A DNA stretch of 64,000 bases from Candidatus Latescibacterota bacterium (GCA_963422735.1 OY730476.1:1888001-1952000); one strand, 5' to 3'. Shown: positions 40,047-50,057, numbered from the stretch's first letter. Program-made: numbers and translations. Notes: generated by a model from the sequence alone, not told the origin.

Positions 40047-41554
40047 CGCTTGCTCCATTGCACGGTGAAGATGGCGATGCCCAGCACGATGCTCACCAGC
40101 AAGAGCACCAACCCGGTGATGCCCCAAAACGACCCCTCGCTCTTGATGTTGAGGGTGACGGTGCGCTCGACCGACTCGACCCACTGCCCCTTGTGCTGGG
40201 TACTCGCACGGGTCTTGACTTCGTAGCGTCCTATCTCGGCGCTGTTGACCGGCCGCACGGTCAGTGTGGCCTCTATCTCCTCGCGCGGCGGCAACCGGGC
40301 GAGGGCCTGCGGCTCAAAGACGACCTCCCAGCCCGGCGGCGCCAGGGCTTGCAGGCGGATGTCGAGCAATTCAACCGTGCCGAGGTTGCGTAGCTGCCAA
40401 ACGGACTTCGACTCGCCCTCGCCCTGGACCGACAGGTCCAGGTTGAGGGTGGTCAACTCCAATTCGGCGCGGCCGGTGGGCACCAGTTGCAGTTGCTCGT
40501 AGCCAATGCCGAGGGCTTGCAAGCGCACCGGATCGGCGGTGGCCAACACTGCGGCGTCCACCGCCTGGGGCTCGTAGGCCAGCACCGAGAACAGCAGCGG
40601 CTGATCGACGGTGAAGTGCTCGGCCTGTTCGGGGACGTACACGGTGAGGAGGAGCGAGTCGCTGGAGTGGTCGCGGGAAAAGCGCAGCCGCGACAGCTGG
40701 CGGCCCCCGCTCTCGAACGCCCAGCGGAAGTCGGCCGGCAGCCCGTGCGCCATCAGTTGGAAAATCTTTTCGTCTTCGGCCAGCCGCTCTAACTGCAGCT
40801 CGTAGGCGACCGAGTGGCCCAACGAACCTTCTTGAGAAAACTGGGTGGCATACACGCGCACGACGTCGCGGGCGGAAGCCTTCTCGAGGTGAATGACGTG
40901 CTCGTCGGTGCGGTTGAGGTATTCAAGTTGCACGGTGATTTCCTCGACTTCGGGACGCTGCAAGCCGACCTCGATTTCGACTTCTTCGCCCAGGACCAGC
41001 ACCGGGATGTGGACTTGGTAGGGCTGGCCGACCATGACGCGGTCGGCGAGGAGGGTGACGAAGAGGTTGTTGACCTGCAACAGGGAGGCGGCGTCTTGGT
41101 CGAGGCCGTTGATGTGGTAGCGGCGGCGAGCGCGATCAACCATTTGCGCCAAGGGGAGGTCGGAGTCGTTGCGCAAGGTGAGCCGCACGCGGACCTTGTC
41201 GCCTTCAACGCCGTATTTTTGTCCGTTGACGACCGTCAGGTGGGTGGCGTCGGCCAGCGAGTGGAGGAAGGCGCGCTGGAGGTTCAATTCGGCTCGTTGC
41301 CGCGCTTGGCGGGCACGCTCGTAGCGCTCGCGGGCTAGGCGTAGCTCTTGGCCGGTGACCACGCCGCGCGCCTTGAGGCCGATCATCTGCTCGTGCTCGA
41401 TGGTGATCTCGGCCTCGCGCGCGTTGGCCTGCTCCAGCGTCAAGTGAGCCTCTTCGAGGTCGAGCAGGATGCGCTGTTGTTCCTTAGTCAAGGTCTCGGC
41501 CGAGGCCGCGAAAGCCCACAGCAGCCAGCCGAAAACGTAGAAGATAGAGCACAT
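40043..41554 (-). CDS. Exported protein: coiled-coil hairpin, Ig-like/NEW3-like domains and a C-terminal membrane anchor
   Basis: RBS AAGGAG; signal peptide; long helical segment; LRNLGT..L.DI.L..LAPPGWEV.FEP..L.P NEW3-like pattern; C-terminal TM. Confidence 0.72.
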   Translation of the reverse strand: MCSIFYVFGWLLWAFAASAETLTKEQQRILLDLEEAHLTLEQANAREAEITIEHEQMIGLKARGVVTGQELRLARERYERARQARQRAELNLQRAFLHSLADATHLTVVNGQKYGVEGDKVRVRLTLRNDSDLPLAQMVDRARRRYHINGLDQDAASLLQVNNLFVTLLADRVMVGQPYQVHIPVLVLGEEVEIEVGLQRPEVEEITVQLEYLNRTDEHVIHLEKASARDVVRVYATQFSQEGSLGHSVAYELQLERLAEDEKIFQLMAHGLPADFRWAFESGGRQLSRLRFSRDHSSDSLLLTVYVPEQAEHFTVDQPLLFSVLAYEPQAVDAAVLATADPVRLQALGIGYEQLQLVPTGRAELELTTLNLDLSVQGEGESKSVWQLRNLGTVELLDIRLQALAPPGWEVVFEPQALARLPPREEIEATLTVRPVNSAEIGRYEVKTRASTQHKGQWVESVERTVTLNIKSEGSFWGITGLVLLLVSIVLGIAIFTVQWSKR

Positions 41555-41633
41555 GACGAACTCCTTTCTATACGATGCTGGCTCGCAGCCGCGACGGATA
41601 GGCCAGCGTAGAGTAAGCGTTCTACTATATTTT

Positions 41634-41649
41634 AGCAAGCATCGTGCCA
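41634..41649 (-). promoter_or_regulatory. Sigma-54 (-24/-12) promoter
   Basis: Minus strand TGGCACG-ATGC-TTGCT, an exact consensus match ~80 bp upstream of the 41554 start. Confidence 0.85.
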
Positions 41650-41771
41650 GATAGGCGACCTTGCGCTGATTCCTTTGCTTTATACTTCCTAACTACCTGT
41701 TAAGTAGTGCTTTATAAAAAGTACGCTCCATTTTTTACCGGTCTCTCAAGCGCTCTTCGATACCCTCTTGA

Positions 41772-41827
41772 CGCACTAAAAGTGCGCGAATTATCGCACC
41801 AGTGCGTCGAATTATCGCACCAGTGCG
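41772..41827. promoter_or_regulatory. Candidate enhancer (UAS): three CGCAC..GTGCG palindromes
   Basis: CGCACTAAAAGTGCG plus the 20-bp direct repeat CGAATTATCGCACCAGTGCG x2, ~125-180 bp upstream of the sigma-54 site. Confidence 0.5.
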
Positions 41828-41891
41828 GGGTCGGAGGTGGGTGAGAGCGCTGCTGTTTTTGGGCCGCCAGAACCCCCAGTAGCAGGCCGAT

Positions 41892-41919
41892 AAGAATTAG
41901 GAATTAAGAATTGAGAATT
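41892..41919. repeat. Degenerate heptamer repeat (RRGAATT)x4
   Basis: AAGAATT AGGAATT AAGAATT GAGAATT. Confidence 0.75.
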
Positions 41920-42190
41920 TCTAAGAGGCAGGGGTGGCTCTTTTGTTTCGATTAAAAAACCGAAAGGCGACAGAATAGGGCCAATACAGCCGTGCGCGGG
42001 GGAACTCTCCGCATTATGAGTTGTCCGTCTTCGCGCATAGAGTGCTGTATTCTGTGTGAAAGTGGCAAGCGCAGGCCGCCGGGCCAGCACACTACGCCAT
42101 AGAGCGGTCGGCTGAGTTCGCGGATGTCGGGAGGCCCAAAATACAAACTCAGTCCCTGCCGTCGTATTGCATCGAACATCGTTTCTTCCT

Positions 42191-43396
42191 TTATAGTTGG
42201 CCGCTCGTTCTCAGCAATTTTTCTACGAACTCAACCCGGTCGTCTAGCTGGAGTTCGCTGTACAGTTCCAATGCTTGCCGCCACTGAAGCAAGGCATCAA
42301 AAGGAGCCTGATTCGACGCATAGACCCTCCCTAAGCGAACTCTCACGTCGGCTACGGCCTTCAAGTCCGATACCTTCGCAAACAGTTGCACCGCCTGCCG
42401 ATATGCCTCCTCAGCCGCATGAAAGTTTTCAATGTTCATGTAGGCATTACCCAAAATAGCCGCTTGTGTCGCTTGGCCTTTGTCGTCTCCAATCGCGTCA
42501 AACAGTGCCTTCGCCTGCTGGAATAAGGCCGTGGCTTCTCGCGTGTCGCCTTTCTCCCATAGCACCTGCCCCAGACCACCCAAAGTGCGAGCCTCAAACT
42601 GTTTATGACCTAATTTTCGTTGAACGGCCAGCGTCCGACGATACATGGCTTCCGCCTCATCAAATCGACCCGTTTCGCTATATAAGGCCCCCAAGGCGCC
42701 GTAGTGATGCGCCAACCCCTCGTCGCGCTGGAGCCGTTCCTCAATCTCAATGCCTTTTTTGAGAATGTCTTCGGCCTCGGCCAGACGCTTTTGTCTGAGA
42801 TAGACCAGACCCAAGCCTTGATAGTGGCCAGAAATACCCGGCATATCGCCGAGTTCTTGGCAAACGTTCAGTCCCTGCTGGAAATAGCCCTCGGCTTCTT
42901 CCGTTTTGTTCTGCCAGAGGGACAACAGCCCCAAGTTGCCGCATTCTTCCGCCCAATAGGCTCTATTGCCCGACGCCTCGTGGAGTTGCTGAGCGCGGAT
43001 GTGCAATTCTCGTGCCTCCGCGATTTTTCCTTGGAGATGGGCGACAAAGCCTCTGTTGCTATAGTTGACGGCCAGACGCTCCTCATCGCCGCGTTGGCTA
43101 TTGATCGCAAAGGCTTTATTGAGATAGTCAACCGCCTTATCCATCGGCCCCAGAACTTGGTACATAAGCCCCAAGCCGCTATATGCATCGGCTTCCATTT
43201 CCTGATCCTGCCCCTGCCGTGCTTTCGCAAGAGCTCTTAGGTAAAGCCCTTCGGCCTTGTCGAGTTTACCTTGTTCCTTGTAATAGCGACCTAACAGGAG
43301 ACAAGCCTGCGCTTGGGCGTGTACATCTCGATTTTGCGCGACCCGCGCCTGCTGTATGGCTACGTCGCATTCGGGAATTAACGGAATGATTTCCAT
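42191..43396 (-). CDS. Cytoplasmic tetratricopeptide-repeat protein (~40-aa repeats)
   Basis: Repeated A..Y..LG..Y...G....A...Y..AL units; no signal peptide. Confidence 0.88.
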   Translation of the reverse strand: MEIIPLIPECDVAIQQARVAQNRDVHAQAQACLLLGRYYKEQGKLDKAEGLYLRALAKARQGQDQEMEADAYSGLGLMYQVLGPMDKAVDYLNKAFAINSQRGDEERLAVNYSNRGFVAHLQGKIAEARELHIRAQQLHEASGNRAYWAEECGNLGLLSLWQNKTEEAEGYFQQGLNVCQELGDMPGISGHYQGLGLVYLRQKRLAEAEDILKKGIEIEERLQRDEGLAHHYGALGALYSETGRFDEAEAMYRRTLAVQRKLGHKQFEARTLGGLGQVLWEKGDTREATALFQQAKALFDAIGDDKGQATQAAILGNAYMNIENFHAAEEAYRQAVQLFAKVSDLKAVADVRVRLGRVYASNQAPFDALLQWRQALELYSELQLDDRVEFVEKLLRTSGQL

Positions 43397-43525
43397 GTGT
43401 TTAAAATACTTTCTTTGTTTATTGCACCCGCCGAATGTACCCACAGATCAGGCTGTCGAGGTCGTGGATCAAGAACAGGTCAATGGAGTTGAAGCTCAAT
43501 CTCGGCAAGCTGTTTTCGTCAAGGC

Positions 43526-44566
43526 TCAGCCTAAAGCCCACCGGTTCGGCCGATGGTCCAACAGGAATTGGTACTGCTGCCAGTCGGCATCCGTGAGGGT
43601 CCGGTAGCGTCGGTCGAACTCGACTAAGTCCTCTACTAAGGCTTCTTCGGGCAGAAACGGGTCTGGCCACAAGTGCGCAAACCAAAAGTAGAGCAAACGG
43701 ATGCGCGGCTCCTGAAATTTATCGGCCATATACTCGATGGCCTGATGGCGCATCGCTGTCTCGGCGGCGTTGAAGTCGTGGTGGTGGTACAGATGGTACG
43801 TGTCGGCCGACACGCCATAGAGCCGACACCCGTATTGCTGGCACCGATACGCTAGCTCCCATCCCTCGCAAAAAGGAATGTGGATGTCGAACCCGCCGAT
43901 AGATCGCAATACCTCGCGGGGGAGGGCACTGTTGTGGGGCGTCAGACCCAGCCAAGCCACCGCCGCGTCCGGGCACCGGCGAAAGAGATCGATTTGTTCG
44001 TCCTGCATCTGTTCTAGTTCGGGAAACGGATAGCCGCCGGGGACAGCCCTCTCGCGGATTGTCGCGAAATCGCGGTGAACCATCGCTTCGGTCAGGATCA
44101 ATTCCTTCCGGTGGCGGTCTAGGTAGTCTTTCTGGACGCTAGGGATGGCGACATGAGCGAGCGACCCGCACTGAGGATCTTGGAAAAACTCCAACTCGGC
44201 CAGCGAGTACAGCCGGCCGCATAACACGCTATCCGGCCCGTGTTCCCCAAAGGCGTCTAGATACGTTTGGAGCAGGTCCGGGGCCGGCAAGGCGTCGCCA
44301 TCGAGCAACACGACGAGATCGCCCGCTGCTTGGTCGATCCCTCGGTTCCGCGCCGAGCAGCGCCCTTCGTTCGGATAGAGTCGGATCGACTTCATATTGT
44401 CGATGTCCAACGCATCGAGCATCTCTGCCGTGCCATCGGTCGATCCGTCATCAATCACCAAAACTTCAAAGCACTCAGGCGAAAGGGTCTGGCCTTCCAA
44501 GCCGCTCAAGACTAGACGGAGCCGTTCCCGTTGGTTATATGTAGGTAAAACGACACTAACTTCCAT
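43526..44566 (-). CDS. Glycosyltransferase family 2 (GT-A)
   Basis: VSVVLPTYN, VIDDGSTDGT, ARNRG, LLDGD (DxD), IGGFD..WELAYR, YHLYH. Confidence 0.92.
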   Translation of the reverse strand: MEVSVVLPTYNQRERLRLVLSGLEGQTLSPECFEVLVIDDGSTDGTAEMLDALDIDNMKSIRLYPNEGRCSARNRGIDQAAGDLVVLLDGDALPAPDLLQTYLDAFGEHGPDSVLCGRLYSLAELEFFQDPQCGSLAHVAIPSVQKDYLDRHRKELILTEAMVHRDFATIRERAVPGGYPFPELEQMQDEQIDLFRRCPDAAVAWLGLTPHNSALPREVLRSIGGFDIHIPFCEGWELAYRCQQYGCRLYGVSADTYHLYHHHDFNAAETAMRHQAIEYMADKFQEPRIRLLYFWFAHLWPDPFLPEEALVEDLVEFDRRYRTLTDADWQQYQFLLDHRPNRWALG

Positions 44567-44579
44567 GGTATCACTCGGT

Positions 44580-45959
44580 TCAGCCTTCGTCGAGGATCTT
44601 GGTCTGCAAGTGGCACTCGTACGGCAATTCGGTCTGCAAGTCCCACCGATTGGGATCGTTGTCCTGAGCGTCCAATCGCTCTACGAGGCATTGCGGAATT
44701 CTTTTGACAGAATTGGAACACCGGATGCGTTGGGTGTCTAAGTGACCAAAGTAATAGGTCCAATACGGCTCGGTATTCTCCTCGATTAGGCCGCGTAGTG
44801 ATGGGTCGGCAACATTGTGGTCCGTCAGGGCGGTCTGCCCGATGACGATGCCGTGAAATTCGACGGGCACCCAGCCTTTTTTCGCCAAATAGACCTCAAG
44901 CCACGTATGGCCAAAGAGGGGTTCCCTATATGAATGGATAGCAAAGCTATCGTCCCCGGTAGGATACCCGATCAGGGCACCGGCGACCTCGCGCACGGGG
45001 ATTCCATCTAGACGGCACAGGGCCATAAACGCTCGGGAAAGCGTGATACAATGACCGCCGGTATCGCTCAAGATGGCTTGGGTGCTATATCCGATACTCT
45101 GGGCGGAGTCTTTGGTTTTCTTGAACCGTTTGGTGTGCATCAGGGCCTCGTATATAGCACGGGCATGACACTCGTCGCTGCGCCTTTCCCTAGGACCTAG
45201 TTCCTGCCGGAAGACCTCGACTTCGGGACAATCCGCTAGCTCGGGGTCTAAGCGCAAATACCGTTTCCGTTCGACGGGGCTTAAAGATACCGGCTGAAAT
45301 CCATTAGCCGACGGGAATTCTTCTACGGTCAACTCGCAGACATAGCTCAGTTCCCAAGGCTCGCTCTCAGCGGAACCTTTGGTCAACTCGTAGTTGTAGA
45401 AAAAGCCCATCGCCGGCACCAACACGGCTTCCATATCAGCAGGCTCGCAGGTGATGTATTGGATATCTCGTTGACCGCCCCCTTCGATGGGATAAGGCAG
45501 GAAGATTCGAGTGCGCTGACCGGGCTGAAGCGGCACTGGATGGATCCGCAATTGATAGGTCATTCGGTATCGCTGCCATTTCTTGCGGCCCCGGACGCCT
45601 TTTTCGTCTTGAATAAAAAACCGGTTGCGTTTCTGCTCCAACGCCCGGTAGTCGGCCTCAAAAAAGCGAGGCTCGTGGTCGTAGAGCCAATTCCACGAAT
45701 CGATCCGGTCGTAGTACAACGCCCCGTGAACTTTGTGGTATGGCAATCCCCGGCCCATGCCTTCGTGCAAAATCGTCTCTACATCCTCCGTTGAAAGCGG
45801 AGTACTGGCGACCAGATAGCGGACGAATTCCCGTTCTTCCATCGCATAAAGGGAATCGAGTTGATGCGGTTGTTCTTGGGCGAGGAAGAAGCCATCTACT
45901 AGATCAGCAGCGACTTGGCCTCCGTGCCATGGGACGCCGTTTCTGCAAAAGCACGGCAC
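44580..45959 (-). CDS. Transglutaminase-like domain protein (probably the C-terminal part of a GT fusion)
   Basis: GHCITLSRAFMALCRLDGIPVR, GHTWLEVY, GWVPVEF (Cys-His-acid triad); the ORF starts with a GT-like terminal helix WHGGQVAADLV. Confidence 0.85.
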   Translation of the reverse strand: MPCFCRNGVPWHGGQVAADLVDGFFLAQEQPHQLDSLYAMEEREFVRYLVASTPLSTEDVETILHEGMGRGLPYHKVHGALYYDRIDSWNWLYDHEPRFFEADYRALEQKRNRFFIQDEKGVRGRKKWQRYRMTYQLRIHPVPLQPGQRTRIFLPYPIEGGGQRDIQYITCEPADMEAVLVPAMGFFYNYELTKGSAESEPWELSYVCELTVEEFPSANGFQPVSLSPVERKRYLRLDPELADCPEVEVFRQELGPRERRSDECHARAIYEALMHTKRFKKTKDSAQSIGYSTQAILSDTGGHCITLSRAFMALCRLDGIPVREVAGALIGYPTGDDSFAIHSYREPLFGHTWLEVYLAKKGWVPVEFHGIVIGQTALTDHNVADPSLRGLIEENTEPYWTYYFGHLDTQRIRCSNSVKRIPQCLVERLDAQDNDPNRWDLQTELPYECHLQTKILDEG

Positions 45960-47112
45960 GATGCCGCGAACTGGGAATCATCTCCCACCACTCGATACAG
46001 GGCCGTCAAAATCTCGTCGGCTCGAAAGGCCTTCCGGTCGAGCTTTACGCCCAATCCGAGTTGCTCAACGCGATTCAAGTGGTACTCCTGATTTAGGTGC
46101 TCGGGTGCCCCGATGATGGGCACTCCACACCGCAATGCCTGATAAATAGCACCGATGCCGACGATGCCCACCAACGCCCGCGCCCGCTGCAAGACCCACT
46201 CGCCGGGGAGAAAGTCAGTGACTCGGACATTGCTATGGAGGCTCGTACCCGCCCAGCGGCCGGCCGTGGTGATGAGCAAACGGATGGGTTCATGCGCCAC
46301 GGCCTCAATCAGCCCCTCCAAGTATTCGGGGGATCGCCCGCTGCTGCCACAGGTCACATAGACCAGCGGCCAAGACAAATCCCAATCTTGGTCGAGCAGA
46401 GGGACCGTACCTTTCTCCTTTGGGGCGTCCAGCAAAGGACCCACGTAATGATACCCCGGAGCCGCCCGTTCTGGAGGCGGATGGAATTCGGGGATGTCCG
46501 CCAGCAGGTAAAACTTTTTTCGGGGTTTCACCTCACTTGCCTTACGCTTGAGATACGCACCAAACGGCCCCGGCTCGGTGCTAAACGACGCCATCAGCCA
46601 TATAGGAAACGGATAGCCCGGCTGATTATACGCTTGAGTCACGATGGCCTCGTCAACCCCTTCGAGTTGAGCCGCTACGGAGAGGGTCGGCTTCATATCT
46701 TGGATTACTAAGGCCGGCTTAATCGCTTGGATCAAGTTCCGTTCCGACTGAACGCAGCGGTCAATCCATGCTAGGTCGTAATAGCCGTATTCGCCCCGGG
46801 CTACGTATTCGTCCATCCGTTCTTGCGGCAAGGTCTCGACATCGTGGACGGGGAATCCCTCATCGGCGATTCGCTCAATATGAGGGCCGCGTCCGGCGCA
46901 CTCGACCGGATACCCTCGATCCCGCAGGGCGCGAGCGAGCACGAGTGGGCGGATGGTGTGCGCCAAGCTGTACCCGTGGAAAAAGACGAGGATTTTCCGC
47001 TGGCCTCGCGCCAGTTGATCTAGTTCCGTCCATCGACGGAGCCAACGATCCCAAAGCAGCAGGTGCTCAGAAAGTTTAGCTATAAAAGTTTAGCTATAAT
47101 AGAATGGAGCAT
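45899..47112 (-). pseudogene. GT-B fold glycosyltransferase (GT1/GT28-like), frameshifted near its start
   Basis: AHTIRPLVLARAL..RG, YVGPL, VYVTCGSSG, VTDFLP, GVPIIGAP..NQ; the 14-bp tandem duplication 47071-47098 shifts the first codons out of frame; a further apparent shift at ~45935 separates it from the transglutaminase part. Confidence 0.8.
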
Positions 47113-47128
47113 ATGTCCTCAACTTGAC

Positions 47129-47356
47129 CTACCGCGTCAGGGCGAATATGGGAATCGCTACTGGGTTGTCCCTAATGTGGACGATAATTTCGCAATCGGT
47201 CTGGCCCATCGGGAAGTCACTCTCGTTGCGTACCTCGACGACTAGCCGCCGATCCATCTCCCAGCGCCAATCGAAAGCGAATGTAGGTACTGGGCACTGC
47301 GATTGTACCCGGACCCGTGCCTGCGCCGCATCAGATGGAACACGCACCGCGACCAT
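47129..47356 (-). pseudogene. C-terminal fragment of the DUF1573-type protein (cassette B)
   Basis: Near-identical to the C-termini at 31659 and 53173 (CEIIVHIRDNPVAIPIFALTR). Confidence 0.85.
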
Positions 47357-47389
47357 TTTCGTTACTTACGTATGCGTACTCCGGTGACT

Positions 47390-48358
47390 TTAGATAAAAC
47401 TAAACAGAAAGCCGTGTGGTATATCTACTCCGAGGACTAGCTCTACGAGTTGCCATTGCTGTTGCTCAGCGTCCCAGACCATGCGAAAAAAGAACGGGGT
47501 CCACCCGGGTATCGGAGCAGTAGAAAATGCCACCGGCTCTTGTACGACGAAGCCGACTTCGGCAAAAACCAAGTTATTTCCCTCTGCTAGATGCTTGATT
47601 GTGGCTTGTTGGTTGCTCAAGTCAGCCGTCCAATGGCCTGTTGGCAGCCCTTCTTGACTCTCAATAGAAGAGAGATATATCTCGTACCTCTTCTGCATCC
47701 CGAAGATCCGGAACGCGCTATCGTGGAACGACACCTTCTCGATGTAGTGATCGCATTCATCTTGGTGCAGCAGATACTTATGTCCTTCTCGAAGGATATC
47801 GAATAGAAACGGTGCTTCTTCTCGGCGGATCCTCATGAGCGAGGCAGAATTATCGCTAGATTCCTGTAAGGCTTTGATGAAAGACAGTCCTATTTCTTCA
47901 TTCCATTTTTCGTTCAGTTCCGCTAGCAGAAAGAAGTGTTTGTCGCTCTTTAATCGGATATTTTCCTCTATACTCCGCGTGTAAAACGCCGCTGCCAAAC
48001 TGTCGTTGCCCGCTACAGAAAATGCGACCAGAAAGTCGTAGAACCAGTTGTGCAAGGTCGTCTTCTGCACTGCATTTGCCTTCAGTTCCCCTTCAAAGGG
48101 GATAGCTGTAATAGCTCGGCGTAGCGAATCGCTGGCTTCCACCGTGAGTAAACTTTGGCTATGGCTGTATTCATTCTGAGGTGCTCGTCGTTTGCACTGC
48201 GCTATGAGGGTGCCGGAGCAACCGAGTGCTTCGACTTTGACCGAGCAACGGCTGCTACTTATGCCGAAACTAGTCGAACATTGGGCACTTGTGTCTTGTG
48301 CTTGGAAAACAGTGCTCAATCCTATCAGGACGAGGCTGATTCGCAGGATCCGTTTCAT
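47390..48358 (-). CDS. Protein X family member with an N-terminal 4-Cys module (X-B2)
   Basis: Signal peptide, then QCSTSFGISSSRCSVKVEALGCSGTLIAQC, then X motifs (FLVAFSVAGNDSLAAAFY, VSFHDSAFRIF, FFRMVWD). Confidence 0.8.
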   Translation of the reverse strand: MKRILRISLVLIGLSTVFQAQDTSAQCSTSFGISSSRCSVKVEALGCSGTLIAQCKRRAPQNEYSHSQSLLTVEASDSLRRAITAIPFEGELKANAVQKTTLHNWFYDFLVAFSVAGNDSLAAAFYTRSIEENIRLKSDKHFFLLAELNEKWNEEIGLSFIKALQESSDNSASLMRIRREEAPFLFDILREGHKYLLHQDECDHYIEKVSFHDSAFRIFGMQKRYEIYLSSIESQEGLPTGHWTADLSNQQATIKHLAEGNNLVFAEVGFVVQEPVAFSTAPIPGWTPFFFRMVWDAEQQQWQLVELVLGVDIPHGFLFSFI

Positions 48359-48412
48359 GGTTGCATTGTCCTTTCTCCAAGGGGTTGGGTAGAAATACAA
48401 ATCGAAAATCCC

Positions 48413-49852
48413 TCACAGTATGCTGCTACGGAGCCAAGCAAGATAAGCCAGCATATAACTCAACACAGCAAAGAAAAAAAGGCCCCCCATGTCGAGCAGG
48501 CCCTGACGGGCTAAGGTCCCCGCCGAAATGTTTTCCTCGAATACGAGTATGATGTTCGGATCTACCTTTTTGCTCGATAAGCCCTCTTTGACCAGAGGAA
48601 TGTGCATGCTATGTGGATCATTCCGGTCGAGTGCAAGCACGGTTTGTTCAAATTGCTGGCCGTAAATGCGCACCTGAGCCACAAAGCTCTGATACCGGGC
48701 GAGACCGGTTCCCGCGAGGGCTTCCATGCTGTACTTAAAGCAGCCCATCGGTGAGAGACGAGTGAAGTAGCGTCCTACTTCTACCTGCCTCAGCCGTTGG
48801 GCCAAACCACTGTTGGAGAGGGCTTGGTGAGTTTGTCTCCACTCGCGTATCACTTGGGACAGTTCGCCGATCTTCTCTGGATTCCTCTGATCGCGGGGGT
48901 TCCGACTCAGGGTATTGATAACGTTGCCCACCTTTCTATTGACTGGAAAATCCTGATTGAAGCGGTACTCATTCTCCATTGCGCTCGACACATGGACCAA
49001 GCGGGCGGCTATTGAACCGCCAATTTCCGGCCAGACTAGCACTCCAATAGCCCACAGCAACAGTACGGTAACTAAACTAGAGCGCGTACTGTCACTAACA
49101 ATCGAAACGAGTAGTCCTATAGCAGTGAAAACGCTCAAGTAGATCAGGGAAAGGAAGAATAGGCCCCCCAATCGCACCCATTCCTCACCGCTGATATCAA
49201 CGTCGATCAAAAGCAGAACGAGCAATATGTTGATGACCAAGCTAAGGAAAAGGATACATGTCAACGCTAGCATGGTACTACAGAACTTGCCCCCGAGGAG
49301 GATGTGACGTGTGAGGGCATGGGACATAACCAGTTTGAGTGTACCTTGCTCTTTTTCGCCGATAATGGCATTAAAAGTAAACAGCAGTGCCGCCAAGCTC
49401 AACACCACACCGATGATAAAAACCCAGTCGAGCGATAGACCTAAAAATAGTTGCTGTGCATCGGGATCTAAGGAGATAGGGAAGCGCAAAATCCAGGGAT
49501 ACAGCACCGAGAAATGATTGTTGTGGAAAGACAAGCTTGTCTCGGCACTCACGTAGTCAGGCAAAGCATATGTCGCTCCAGCCGCAGCGAAAATTAGGGG
49601 GCTAGGTTTGATGTAGATCTTTTCCGGCCCTTCTAGGGCGAGGTATCTTAGCCCTCTGTTGGCATGCTCTCGAACCTTAGCGTATTCGGCAGCGGTATTT
49701 TTGATATAACGGTCGCGCTTAAAAGAATAGGTCCCTTTGGCAAAGCCAAAGGCATTGATGCCCATCAAGATGACCGTCAGCACTAGCAGTATGCTAAAGC
49801 GGAGGCTAATGAGGTGTTCAATTAGCTCGCGTCTAATCAGTAAAGCCAGCAT
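48413..49852 (-). CDS. ABC-2 type permease, subtype B (cassette B)
   Basis: LIRREL, AIIGEKEQGTLKLVMS, RLSPMG..YSMEALAGTGL, AWLRSSI shared with the other subtype B copies. Confidence 0.88.
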   Translation of the reverse strand: MLALLIRRELIEHLISLRFSILLVLTVILMGINAFGFAKGTYSFKRDRYIKNTAAEYAKVREHANRGLRYLALEGPEKIYIKPSPLIFAAAGATYALPDYVSAETSLSFHNNHFSVLYPWILRFPISLDPDAQQLFLGLSLDWVFIIGVVLSLAALLFTFNAIIGEKEQGTLKLVMSHALTRHILLGGKFCSTMLALTCILFLSLVINILLVLLLIDVDISGEEWVRLGGLFFLSLIYLSVFTAIGLLVSIVSDSTRSSLVTVLLLWAIGVLVWPEIGGSIAARLVHVSSAMENEYRFNQDFPVNRKVGNVINTLSRNPRDQRNPEKIGELSQVIREWRQTHQALSNSGLAQRLRQVEVGRYFTRLSPMGCFKYSMEALAGTGLARYQSFVAQVRIYGQQFEQTVLALDRNDPHSMHIPLVKEGLSSKKVDPNIILVFEENISAGTLARQGLLDMGGLFFFAVLSYMLAYLAWLRSSIL

Positions 49853-50057
49853 TTTATTGACCTTCACATAAGTAGATTTAGAGTTTTGATCTCAATCCCA
49901 ATACGGGAAAGTTGTAACCCAAGTTTGGTGTATTTCAATAGAACTCCGTCCACGAAAGAACGCGACACAAATGAACTGTGACAAATCCCGCCCGACTGCA
50001 TCGTAGCGTTTGAATGGTCATGTATGCCGGTTCTAATAGTTCCAGTAAGTCATTGTA

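Noticed and set aside
43419-43525. Aldo/keto reductase-like scrap (SLPRLSFNSIDLFLIHDLD)
   Set aside because: About 25 codons with no start or remaining domain; too short to call
49870-50050. A further peptide ORF between X-B1 and permease B
   Set aside because: Only short ORFs without the leader motif, clear RBS or Cys pattern
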